In this document: positions 19,934 to 28,486 of the stretch, one piece after another
How the letters are laid out: each line of letters begins with the position of its first letter
Position numbering within the stretch: position 1 is the first letter of the stretch
Sequence record: MG752970.1
Length of the DNA: 64,000 nt
Strand: one strand, 5' to 3'
The notes under the pieces: model-generated
Told to the model about the DNA's origin: nothing
Seen by the model: the letters and a program-made list of their open reading frames with translations, nothing else
Database searches by the model: none
Made by a program: the position numbers and the translations under genes

Positions 19934-21603
19934 TGGGTTGCGTAGCATCAAAGAAAGCCGCAAAGGATGTCTCTGCAAGATGGGCATCCTTTGCTGTCTC
20001 TGACGACGTATATGACAAGGATACGTTTCAGCAGCAAAATGAATGTTCGGAGGGATATTTGGCCCGCGCCGGAGTTCCAGTAGATGAAAGAAATGGTGGT
20101 GACTTAGCATCCAACCAAATAGAAAATGTTTCTATTCCGGTAAAATGCGATCTATCTGTTGATACCCAGATGAAAATCACCAAGCTTGATTCTCCATTTA
20201 CTGGACCAGTAACATGGTCGGCGTTTTTTCCTGATGGAACTACACCATACAGTGGTGATGTGAATGTGGATTCTTCGGGTCGTGTTTCGGGTACTTACAC
20301 CAGGGAATCAACGTACGAGATGCAGATTGTGGCTAAGGATTCAACTGGTCAAGTGATTGATAAAAAGCAATTCAAATTGGTAGCCCAGAAATGCAAACCT
20401 GGTTTGTCAATTAAATTTCAACACCCACTCCCAGGATCAGTATGTACGTCCAAATGTAATCCTAACCGAGTTCACCCTGTTACCGGGCAGGTAAAACCGC
20501 ATAAAGGCTGTGATTTTGCGTATCCAGGTGGAGCCACAAAAGATGCTCTTGCATCCGCCGACGGAGAAGTTATTTTTGCCGGCGTGAAGAATGGCTATGG
20601 AAACGTGGTTTACATTGGTCATAAGAATGGTGCTGGAGTTGCATTGTGTGTTACTAAATACGCCCACCTAGAAAAAATATATGTCAAAGTGGGTGATAGA
20701 GTTTACGGCGGTCAGCCTGTTGGTCACGAAGGAAAAACAGGGATTGGCACGGGAAAACACTTGCACTTTGAGATTAGAGGAGGAGACGGACAAGATGCAG
20801 TTGTGTATGATCCGTTGGAATACATTGATGGAACTCTGACTATTAAAACTGACCCAGCTGCTCAGGCAGCTAATGGTGATGCTGATACTGGAAACGCTGA
20901 TGGCAATGCAACACAGAAGCAAAACAACAACGTTCAATTGACAACGGCAAAAGCTCAATTGCCATGTTCGGGATTTCAGAATAACCAAAATGATGGAGCA
21001 ACTCCTCCAACACAACCAACAGTCAATCCAGGTCTTGGATGTGATTTTGAATCCGCATTTAGATTCACAATGCGTTATGAATGTACTCCTTCATTCGACG
21101 TGAACGACCCTGATGTTATCGCGGGCAACATTAGCACGCCGGCCGCCGCTCGTAAGTGTGGTTACGTGAACAACCCGTCTGATAAAGGGGGAGTCACAAA
21201 ATACGGCGTGGCGCAAAATAGTAACCCACACTATAACGTAGCTTCTCTTAATTTGGATTCTGCTAGAGGAATATTTAAACAGAAATATTGGGATGTTGGT
21301 GGAGCTGCTCAGCTTCCGTACCCTCTTTGTGTGGTGCATTTCGATACGTGTGTTCTGTTCGGTCCTGCCCGAGCCGTAAAATTTGTCCAACAGGTTCTTG
21401 GTGTTCCTGATACCGGACGAATGGATGCAGCTACAGCTTCAGCTGCAGCAGCCTATGCTGACCAGAATGATTTGAAGAATAAGGTAATACAGAAGAGAAG
21501 AGATTACCATATCAACAGATGCAATGAAAATCCATCTCAGAAAAAATTCCTGAATGGTTGGTTGTCACGTTGCAACAGTCTTCAAAGCTCTTTTAACGGA
21601 TAA
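19933..21603 (+). CDS. multidomain peptidoglycan hydrolase: Ig-like + M23 endopeptidase + GH108 muramidase + PG-binding
   Basis: M23 motifs HKGCD (HxxxD) and HLHFE (HxH). GH108 GYVNNPSDKGGVTKYG. C-terminal PG_binding_3-like FLNGWLSR. Confidence 0.8.
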   Translation: MGCVASKKAAKDVSARWASFAVSDDVYDKDTFQQQNECSEGYLARAGVPVDERNGGDLASNQIENVSIPVKCDLSVDTQMKITKLDSPFTGPVTWSAFFPDGTTPYSGDVNVDSSGRVSGTYTRESTYEMQIVAKDSTGQVIDKKQFKLVAQKCKPGLSIKFQHPLPGSVCTSKCNPNRVHPVTGQVKPHKGCDFAYPGGATKDALASADGEVIFAGVKNGYGNVVYIGHKNGAGVALCVTKYAHLEKIYVKVGDRVYGGQPVGHEGKTGIGTGKHLHFEIRGGDGQDAVVYDPLEYIDGTLTIKTDPAAQAANGDADTGNADGNATQKQNNNVQLTTAKAQLPCSGFQNNQNDGATPPTQPTVNPGLGCDFESAFRFTMRYECTPSFDVNDPDVIAGNISTPAAARKCGYVNNPSDKGGVTKYGVAQNSNPHYNVASLNLDSARGIFKQKYWDVGGAAQLPYPLCVVHFDTCVLFGPARAVKFVQQVLGVPDTGRMDAATASAAAAYADQNDLKNKVIQKRRDYHINRCNENPSQKKFLNGWLSRCNSLQSSFNG

Positions 21604-21605
21604 TC

Positions 21606-21893
21606 ATGGCAAAAATAGGAAGATTGGGGGATCCATTTGATGATGGTGACTTTATCGCTCAGGGGAGTGCAAATGTGTTTGTTAACGGACTTCCCGCGTC
21701 AAAAGTCGGAGATATGACTACAGGTCATGAAGATTGGCCACCAGTTGCTATTATTGATGGGGCATCTACGGTTTTTGTAAATGGTGTCCCATTAGTAAGA
21801 GTTGGATCGCATCATGACATACACTGCAATCATGACGACGATTGTCACGATGCAACACTTATTGATGGATCAGATACGGTTAACGTAGAATAA
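21606..21893 (+). CDS. PAAR-domain spike tip protein (T4 gp5.4-like)
   Basis: RLGD...GSANVFVNGLPASKVGD...VFVNGVPLVRVG repeats, with His/Cys metal ligands. Confidence 0.85.
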   Translation: MAKIGRLGDPFDDGDFIAQGSANVFVNGLPASKVGDMTTGHEDWPPVAIIDGASTVFVNGVPLVRVGSHHDIHCNHDDDCHDATLIDGSDTVNVE

Positions 21894-22786
21894 TGCCAAG
21901 AAATCAACAGAAAAATTACACATACGTACCCAACTTTAGATTGAATTCTACTCAACAGATGCCATCGTTTGAGAGTTTTCGTTCTCGCCTAGAAATTGGT
22001 GGAACTTTTTTCAGATCTAAAGCTATAGGAACAGAAGCAAACAAAATATCTGTCACGTGTACGGTTTCTGGAACCACTTTCACTCTGTTGGTCCAATCGA
22101 CTATTTCGGTAAAAAACGTAACATACACCGGTACGGCTACAAAATATGGGGTTAACGTTGTAGCACCGGATACTTCGGTTCCGCAGGATGTTACGTTATC
22201 TTTCTCTTCTGCCACATCTTTCTCTATGACTGGATCCGTAAGTGGGACAACTGGTCCATTTCAGGTTGGATCTGCAGCTAGAATTGCGGGATGCATAGTA
22301 ACTGTTATTCCTGGATCTTCTCCATTTTCTTCGGGTGACAAGATAAAATTTTCGGTTGTTAAACCTAGGGAAACTTATTCAGCAGACCAATCGGGAGCTA
22401 TAGATCCCATTACAGGAGCATTTGTTGGGACTTCTGCTATTCCTGCTATCAGGGCCGCAGTAAATGCTCAAAGTTCTCTGATTGAAATGCCTGAACGTGG
22501 ATACGACTATGTCGATCTGGTAGGAACCGATTCTGGATCTGGCAGAACAGTAGGACGCTCTGGTCCTCTTCTGACCCCAGAAGGTGCTCTTTCCGTTTTT
22601 CCACAGACGCTTCTATATGGGGCTTCAGGCCCTCCATCAAACCCATCTGGTATACAAACCGGCCCCGAGCGAACATTAATCCATTTGAATAGAACTGAGA
22701 ATGACCAGGGAGCTCTGGTTTCTATCGGTAAGGTCCTGGAGTTCGTCGGGTCTTCAGTGTATAATGGCTTCTTCCAGGAGTACTGA
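21893..22786 (+). CDS. putative structural protein (297 aa)
   Basis: Translationally coupled to PAAR (TAATG); beta-rich. Confidence 0.55.
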   Translation: MPRNQQKNYTYVPNFRLNSTQQMPSFESFRSRLEIGGTFFRSKAIGTEANKISVTCTVSGTTFTLLVQSTISVKNVTYTGTATKYGVNVVAPDTSVPQDVTLSFSSATSFSMTGSVSGTTGPFQVGSAARIAGCIVTVIPGSSPFSSGDKIKFSVVKPRETYSADQSGAIDPITGAFVGTSAIPAIRAAVNAQSSLIEMPERGYDYVDLVGTDSGSGRTVGRSGPLLTPEGALSVFPQTLLYGASGPPSNPSGIQTGPERTLIHLNRTENDQGALVSIGKVLEFVGSSVYNGFFQEY

Positions 22787-22813
22787 AGGTCTCTGGGGAC
22801 CTCTGAATCTCTA

Positions 22814-22854
22814 GGATTTTTCACGATATGAAATTTGGGATTTTTCACGATATG
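22814..22854 (+). repeat. two exact 17-bp direct repeats GGATTTTTCACGATATG, 24-bp period
   Basis: Copies at 22814-22830 and 22838-22854; partial inverted copy CATATCG at 22871-22877. Confidence 0.85.
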
Positions 22855-22866
22855 GTATAAAAACTA

Positions 22867-22895
22867 TGTACATATCGAAAAACCTGACATATAAT
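22867..22895 (+). promoter_or_regulatory. sigma70-type early promoter TGTACA-N17-TATAAT
   Basis: Perfect -10 at 22890-22895, 4/6 -35 at 22867-22872, 17-bp spacer. Confidence 0.6.
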
Positions 22896-22969
22896 ATCTC
22901 ATACTTTGAATATTTCGAAACACCGAAGATTCAAGTAAAACTAATAAATCCAGAAACGGAGAAGTTAAA

Positions 22970-24355
22970 ATGGCAAAAGCAACCCTGACCTACAACGCAG
23001 CTACCGATAAGTGGGAAGCAAAGTACAACGGTGTTGTTATCATCAAGGGTGGTTCCCGTCAATATGTTGAAAACGCTGTGAACAGCGGTTTGAACACGAA
23101 GTGCAAGAAGCTGGGTATCGACGGTTTCCTCTCTGATGAAGTTGCTCACGAAGATATCCGCGATTCCATCTCTGAAATGTTCGGTGTTACTGAACGTTTT
23201 GAAATGCTGAATACGCTGGCTACGATGATCGCCAACGACAAGGCAAAATCGCTGATTGTTACTGGTACTGGTGGTCTCGGCAAAACGCACATGATTCTCG
23301 AGGCCATGCGAGCTGCAGGTCTTCAATCTGCAGACGAAGCTCCGAAGTTTGATGCAACGGTTCTCTTCCCGAAGGAATGTGAAGAACTTCGGAAAGCCGT
23401 TCATGCAGCCATCGACAAGGCAAATGCATTCTATGCAGAACGCCGTGAAGAGCTGGAAGAAGAAAACGAAGATAATCCGGATTTCGAACATAAGCTTGCT
23501 GAAATCGATCTTGAGTATCCTAACATCGAGTTTAACAATCTCGATCATGGTAAGATTCTTGGTACAGCTCACTATGCTTCGAACACGATCTCCTTCAACT
23601 TCGCGGCATACTTGCACAACCCGAGCGCCTTCATCAATGTGGTAGCTCCCCACGAAGTTTCTCACTTGGTTGTGGATGCACTTTACGCTGACGCTGACAA
23701 GCATCCCAAGGCACACGGCAAGGAATTCCGGAAGGTGATGCAGGAATGCTTCGACCTGGACGGTTCGGCTACCACGCCCGTTGGTGATATGAGCTACGTG
23801 CATACGAATGAAACCTGGAAGAATCCTGGTGACTACACCATGATCAAGGGTTATTCGACTGCTAAGGGTCTCTATAAGGCTCTGTATGCCAATCGCAACA
23901 AGATCGTGATTCTCGATGACTGCGACTCGGTTTGGAAGGATGCGGTGTCGCTGAACATCATGAAGGCAGCTCTGGATTCCTACGACAAGCGGATCGTCTC
24001 CTGGAATGCAGACATTGATGACATGCCTACCTCGTTCGAGTTCACCGGCCGAATGATCTTCATCTCCAACCTGAGCCAGAATGATCTGTCGCAGGCAGTT
24101 AAGTCCCGTAGCCTGCGTGTTGATCTCTCTATGACGACTCTGGAAAAGATCGAGCGCATGGAACACCTGGTTGAATCCGAAGAGTTCATGGCTGAGGTTC
24201 CGAAGAACATCAAGCGTGAAGCGATGGCCTTCATGAAGGAGCATGCAGCTCAAGCAACGGACCTGAACATCCGTACTCTCATGTCGGTGATCACTCTCCG
24301 CATGGGTGCTCCTAAGTCGTGGACCCGCCTGGCTCTGTACACGATCACCGCGTAA
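22970..24355 (+). CDS. P-loop AAA+-type NTPase with an inserted SprT-like zinc metalloprotease domain
   Basis: Walker A GTGGLGKT and Walker B VILDDCD. Between them: GTAHY...HEVSH...HGKEF (SprT HExxH plus third His). GGAG RBS. Confidence 0.7.
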   Translation: MAKATLTYNAATDKWEAKYNGVVIIKGGSRQYVENAVNSGLNTKCKKLGIDGFLSDEVAHEDIRDSISEMFGVTERFEMLNTLATMIANDKAKSLIVTGTGGLGKTHMILEAMRAAGLQSADEAPKFDATVLFPKECEELRKAVHAAIDKANAFYAERREELEEENEDNPDFEHKLAEIDLEYPNIEFNNLDHGKILGTAHYASNTISFNFAAYLHNPSAFINVVAPHEVSHLVVDALYADADKHPKAHGKEFRKVMQECFDLDGSATTPVGDMSYVHTNETWKNPGDYTMIKGYSTAKGLYKALYANRNKIVILDDCDSVWKDAVSLNIMKAALDSYDKRIVSWNADIDDMPTSFEFTGRMIFISNLSQNDLSQAVKSRSLRVDLSMTTLEKIERMEHLVESEEFMAEVPKNIKREAMAFMKEHAAQATDLNIRTLMSVITLRMGAPKSWTRLALYTITA

Positions 24356-24359
24356 GTAA

Positions 24360-24383
24360 AAGGAGAGTCCTAGGACTCTCCTT
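24360..24383. terminator. perfect 24-bp palindrome at the strand switch (bidirectional terminator)
   Basis: AAGGAGAGTCCTAGGACTCTCCTT between convergent genes. Confidence 0.75.
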
Positions 24384-24406
24384 GTTGCAGATTTCTCCGT
24401 GTGAGA

Positions 24407-24679
24407 TTAGATAATTGCCATAATCTCACTTTCACGGGCTAGATAAACGTCTAGCCCGTTTATTTTTGTCTTCTTGGCGTCGGTGTGGTGAATCAGAATC
24501 GAGTCACCAACTTTGACGTCCATCGGAAATTCCTTTCCAGGTCCTGTCTGGATTACGTGTCCAGTTAGGATTTCTTCTCCTTGTTGCTGCATGACAACAA
24601 TTCCTGCTACTTCTCGTTGAGAAGTGTCTGCAACCGTAAATGCTACATAGTCATCTAACAGGGTGATAGTTTCGGTCAT
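24407..24679 (-). CDS. groES: GroES-like co-chaperonin (Cpn10; T4 gp31 analogue)
   Basis: GHVIQTGPG...VKVGDSIL...RESEIMAI signature. Confidence 0.85.
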   Translation of the reverse strand: MTETITLLDDYVAFTVADTSQREVAGIVVMQQQGEEILTGHVIQTGPGKEFPMDVKVGDSILIHHTDAKKTKINGLDVYLARESEIMAII

Positions 24680-24837
24680 CTCTGGGTCTCTCAGTTGAAT
24701 TTGAATTGGGAAGACATATGGAACTACATCTTCACTGGTTGATCATCTCTGGTGACCTCTGGTGAGGTCAGAATTGTATCGATTATCATCTCGGATCTAT
24801 CAGAGAGGCTCAGAGATGACCAATCAATGCGGTTGTA

Positions 24838-25488
24838 TTACTCTATGTGATCAGAGAACCAGTCCTTCCAGGTTCCTGGAAAATTAGCTGGATCGTACAG
24901 ATACATATCTTGAGCTGTGATATTTATGCGAGCTTGGAGGAGTGTTCCAACCTTGACGTTGGAAATTGAGGTAATGAAGTGAGGTCCTGCTGGATAGATA
25001 ATTAGTGATCCTCTCTGAGGAACTAAACTAAAATTGAAATACGGTGCTGGAAATTCAAGCTTGCCACCGAATACTTCGTATCTCAGATCAATAGGGGTTT
25101 CATTTTGATAATCTGACAGCCATAGAATAGCCGTCAAATCTACGTCTTTGACTTTGACCCATTTTCTTTTTAGATACACCGCATTTTCGCAACCCGGCGG
25201 CTGACAATGGGATTTCATTCCCTCATGAAATCCCTCGAATTTAACTTTCTCTATACTTTTGATCTTAAGACCATATCTGGTTTCTATATCAGGAACCAAA
25301 CCTTCCAGTTGATCCACGATGATCGATTCGGCATCATCATGGGTCTTTTCCATTTTTACTGGAAAACCAGCAGCATCTCTGTCAACATGGTTAAATTTCA
25401 CCATCGTGGAGATTTGATCGCACCATTTAGGTGACAAAAAGTCATTGATCACCATAAATGGCGACTTCGCCGGTTTTTTCCCGCTCAT
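24838..25488 (-). CDS. 2OG-Fe(II) oxygenase-fold protein (metal ligands look degenerate)
   Basis: DLTAILWLSDY...GGKLEFP...PQRGSLIIYP double-stranded beta-helix pattern. Confidence 0.65.
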   Translation of the reverse strand: MSGKKPAKSPFMVINDFLSPKWCDQISTMVKFNHVDRDAAGFPVKMEKTHDDAESIIVDQLEGLVPDIETRYGLKIKSIEKVKFEGFHEGMKSHCQPPGCENAVYLKRKWVKVKDVDLTAILWLSDYQNETPIDLRYEVFGGKLEFPAPYFNFSLVPQRGSLIIYPAGPHFITSISNVKVGTLLQARINITAQDMYLYDPANFPGTWKDWFSDHIE

Positions 25489-25497
25489 TGAATCCTC

Positions 25498-26040
25498 TTA
25501 CTTAAGTCTTTGTTGGCTTGTATTCAACCCGACAATCAGTCCATGTAAAGAAGCTAGCTCACGTTGAAGATCTTGAAGCTGTCTGGTTGTTTCTTTACCT
25601 TGAAGTTTAACTTCAGTTGTTACTGATGTCAGTTCATGCTTAATGATATTTATCGAATCCACATTACGACCCTGTGAGTCCTTAAGATGCTCAATCTCAG
25701 TGATAAGTCCATTGATTTTATCAGTGAATTTGTCGTCGTGAATTTTTAAATCGTTGGCGGTAGCCGTGAGAAGATTAAGCTTGTCTTTAAGCTCATCGAG
25801 AATGGATATTTCTTTGTCACTCATCTTGGTAACTGCGGCTCCCAGCGTAGCGACGTCCGATTTTGATGCTACTTCGTCATTCGGTCCACTTCCTCCGTTC
25901 TTTTTAAAGAACTCGAGGGCTTTAAAGAGAAAATTGACTATCACGTAAGTAATCAAAACAAAGCCAATAATTACTAGACCGACGTCTGAAATATTGCCAC
26001 TTTTGATCGCCTCTAGGATAGCAGAGATGAGGTGTTCCAT
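25498..26040 (-). CDS. membrane-anchored coiled-coil protein
   Basis: N-terminal transmembrane helix and heptad repeats; late motif upstream at 26065-26072. Confidence 0.6.
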   Translation of the reverse strand: MEHLISAILEAIKSGNISDVGLVIIGFVLITYVIVNFLFKALEFFKKNGGSGPNDEVASKSDVATLGAAVTKMSDKEISILDELKDKLNLLTATANDLKIHDDKFTDKINGLITEIEHLKDSQGRNVDSINIIKHELTSVTTEVKLQGKETTRQLQDLQRELASLHGLIVGLNTSQQRLK

Positions 26041-26064
26041 AGAGTACCAGTAATCATTACTGAA

Positions 26065-26072
26065 TATTTATT
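26065..26072 (-). promoter_or_regulatory. T4-like late promoter (AATAAATA)
   Basis: Intergenic, 25 nt before ATG 26040. Confidence 0.55.
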
Positions 26073-26094
26073 CGATTATCGGGTAAACCTTGAC

Positions 26095-26808
26095 TTATAG
26101 GAACGATGTAATTGTCAATCCTGCTTCTTTGAGTTGTGACAAAACTTCTTGATCTAGTGGGTGATCAGTGTAATTTTTTAATGCAAATTCAGAAGTGCCG
26201 AACTCCTTCTTGTAGGCAAGGCCTCGTTCTACAATTAGAAGTTTTCCGGTATCATTGAAAATATCCATTGTGTCCTTTGTGAGTGATAGGAATGGTTTGT
26301 CGTTTCCAATTCTCTCACTTTCATGGATAATGTGTAGAAGATTGTACAAAATACCGGTGATCGCAGATACAATTTTTGGATACGCCATGTAGATGGTGTA
26401 TTTGTCAGCTGCCGCGATTTTTGCTTTTGCGTAATCTATGTATGGTCTCTGGAATTTGATAATGTTGCTTACATTATCATTGAAAAGATGTGGCGCCGCT
26501 TGAATGACATCCCCAATTTCCTCTACAACATGCTCAACTGACGCGCTTAAATATGGCTCGTACGTCGAGATGTTGTCCTCTTGTTGATTATCACTAACGA
26601 TCAATGTGAGGAATAGTTTTTCGGTTCGAAGGATCCATTTGAACCATAGATCATAGTTAAGCAGAAGAATTTCTCTGCTTGAATGGGAAAACGAACCCTT
26701 CGGATTTCTAATCAACTCATTGAATATGAATGCTTGTTGCTGACGAAATTTAGCAATAGAATTGCTAGAGACAATTCTGAATTCAATGTTGTTAGGGATG
26801 TAATTCAT
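26095..26808 (-). CDS. hypothetical protein (237 aa)
   Basis: Long ORF collinear with the operon. Confidence 0.6.
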   Translation of the reverse strand: MNYIPNNIEFRIVSSNSIAKFRQQQAFIFNELIRNPKGSFSHSSREILLLNYDLWFKWILRTEKLFLTLIVSDNQQEDNISTYEPYLSASVEHVVEEIGDVIQAAPHLFNDNVSNIIKFQRPYIDYAKAKIAAADKYTIYMAYPKIVSAITGILYNLLHIIHESERIGNDKPFLSLTKDTMDIFNDTGKLLIVERGLAYKKEFGTSEFALKNYTDHPLDQEVLSQLKEAGLTITSFL

Positions 26809-26810
26809 TT

Positions 26811-27575
26811 TTATTTTAGATTGGAGTGCACATCCTGACCAACAATGAGATGTGCTGGGCCGGTTGCTTTTTCCAACTTCACTGCGCTTGCAAGCTTTTC
26901 ATTGTTTACAAACACATTCATGGCTATCATGTTACCCTTTTCGATTGGTGTCTTGAATTGCTTAGAACCAATGCTGAATGTGGCGACAGACTTTCCGACA
27001 GTCAAATTTTCAACCATCAAAATGACGTCCTTTCCTTTAGCCTTTTTAACCTTTACGGGATCTGAAAATAAACGGCAGGTTGCCATGCTTTCATAGAAAT
27101 CGTCATCCTCTTCTTCGTCTTCTTCTTCTTCTTCGGATTCCTCTTCTTCTGATCCATCAGCCTTTTTAACTTTCTTTACTGCATCCTTGACATCATCGCC
27201 TTCTTCATCTTCGGCATTGTCGTCAGTTGTTTTATCTTCCTTGTCATCCTCGGATGCATCTTCTGGTTCTACGTCAGAAGGAGGTGGAGTTTCTTCAACA
27301 GGAGGAACATCCTTTTTATCTTCTACTGGTGCAACATCAACGCTTGTGATAGCGATAGTAGTTGGAACAACTGGATTTCCAATGTATGACTGGGAAGTCT
27401 GTTTTTCAATCTTGTCATCAAGCAAGTGAATTAGTGACTTGCAGACTTCCATTCTGTTTTGGTCAGGAAGATCATTCAGTGCATTAAATGAGCTTACAAG
27501 ATCAGCCCAGACCAATAGACACTTGGCATTGGTCTCGTCGTCCATATTGAATTGTGGAATTATAAGTTTAGACAC
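26811..27575 (-). CDS. hypothetical protein with long acidic low-complexity linker
   Basis: Poly-E/D centre; folded-looking termini. Confidence 0.6.
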   Translation of the reverse strand: MSKLIIPQFNMDDETNAKCLLVWADLVSSFNALNDLPDQNRMEVCKSLIHLLDDKIEKQTSQSYIGNPVVPTTIAITSVDVAPVEDKKDVPPVEETPPPSDVEPEDASEDDKEDKTTDDNAEDEEGDDVKDAVKKVKKADGSEEEESEEEEEDEEEDDDFYESMATCRLFSDPVKVKKAKGKDVILMVENLTVGKSVATFSIGSKQFKTPIEKGNMIAMNVFVNNEKLASAVKLEKATGPAHLIVGQDVHSNLK

Positions 27576-27599
27576 GTGCTTTTCCTTTTATTAGCTGAT

Positions 27600-28268
27600 T
27601 TACGATGAAGTATTTATTAGGCTGGTGTAGAATTTGTCAATTCTCTCTGCAAGAATGGAAACATATGGTAACAAATCCTTCTTAAAAATGAGTGGAAGAT
27701 TGTTTTCGACAGCCATGATGACAACACCATGCATAATATCTGTTCCAAACATTTCATTATGGGCTAACGCATAAAACGTTACTTGAACCCAATAATCTTC
27801 AATTTCTTTGTCGGTTTTGTTTCTCAAAGAAGTTTTAAAATCTATGATTGATGGAATTCCATTCCATACACCAATTAAGTCGGTTCTACCTGCAACCTGT
27901 AGGACATGAGAATATAATGCGGCTTCTTGTCCCCATACTTCGTTGATTTTCTTTACATGCAACTTGATGCTGTTGAAAAGTTTGATATGATCCGGATGTT
28001 GATTTTCAGTTGGATTCGGATGACCTTGCAGAAATTTTTCACACATCAAATGAACTGCAGTTCCTCTTTCACCGGCATCTTTCAATACCTTATCAGCCTT
28101 TTCAGCACCTATGCTTTGACGCCACGCATCTAGTCTTGATTTCTTTTCGGCAGAAACCGTTTGACCGAGAATTGTGGTAATAGATGGATAGTACAGGTCT
28201 CCTTCGACGTGATACCAGCGTCTATTGTCCACACTAATTGTCTCTAAATCCCTGTACTCGTATTTCAT
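27600..28268 (-). CDS. PD-(D/E)XK family exonuclease of T4-like phages
   Basis: RGTAVH, AGRTDLIG, IIDFKTS and QVTFY motifs. Confidence 0.8.
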   Translation of the reverse strand: MKYEYRDLETISVDNRRWYHVEGDLYYPSITTILGQTVSAEKKSRLDAWRQSIGAEKADKVLKDAGERGTAVHLMCEKFLQGHPNPTENQHPDHIKLFNSIKLHVKKINEVWGQEAALYSHVLQVAGRTDLIGVWNGIPSIIDFKTSLRNKTDKEIEDYWVQVTFYALAHNEMFGTDIMHGVVIMAVENNLPLIFKKDLLPYVSILAERIDKFYTSLINTSS

Positions 28269-28486
28269 CTTTTCTTTGTCATAAATGTATGGTTTGTTGG
28301 AACTCCAACCTTATGCTTTCTTGCAATCTTTAGTTTTCTAGACAGCTTGAAATTTTTGCGTTTAAAACACGCAGCTGCATTTTTTACTTTCTTGCCTTTT
28401 CTATTTCCAGTGCAGCAAGTGAATGATTCATTTATTCGATAAACTTTAAATTCACTTGATGATTCATTCTTTAGTGTTATTTTCAT
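28265..28486 (-). CDS. small basic hypothetical protein
   Basis: Lys/Arg-rich 73 aa, ATGA-coupled on both sides. Confidence 0.45.
   Translation of the reverse strand: MKITLKNESSSEFKVYRINESFTCCTGNRKGKKVKNAAACFKRKNFKLSRKLKIARKHKVGVPTNHTFMTKKR

Noticed and set aside
22931-24253. 440 aa antisense ORF opposite the SprT-AAA gene
   Set aside because: Shadow ORF produced by the strong codon bias of the real gene; no RBS, motifs or promoter.
27600-28268. Possible Cas4 / CRISPR adaptation gene
   Set aside because: It lacks the four Fe-S cysteines and there is no array; it is an ordinary phage PD-(D/E)XK exonuclease.
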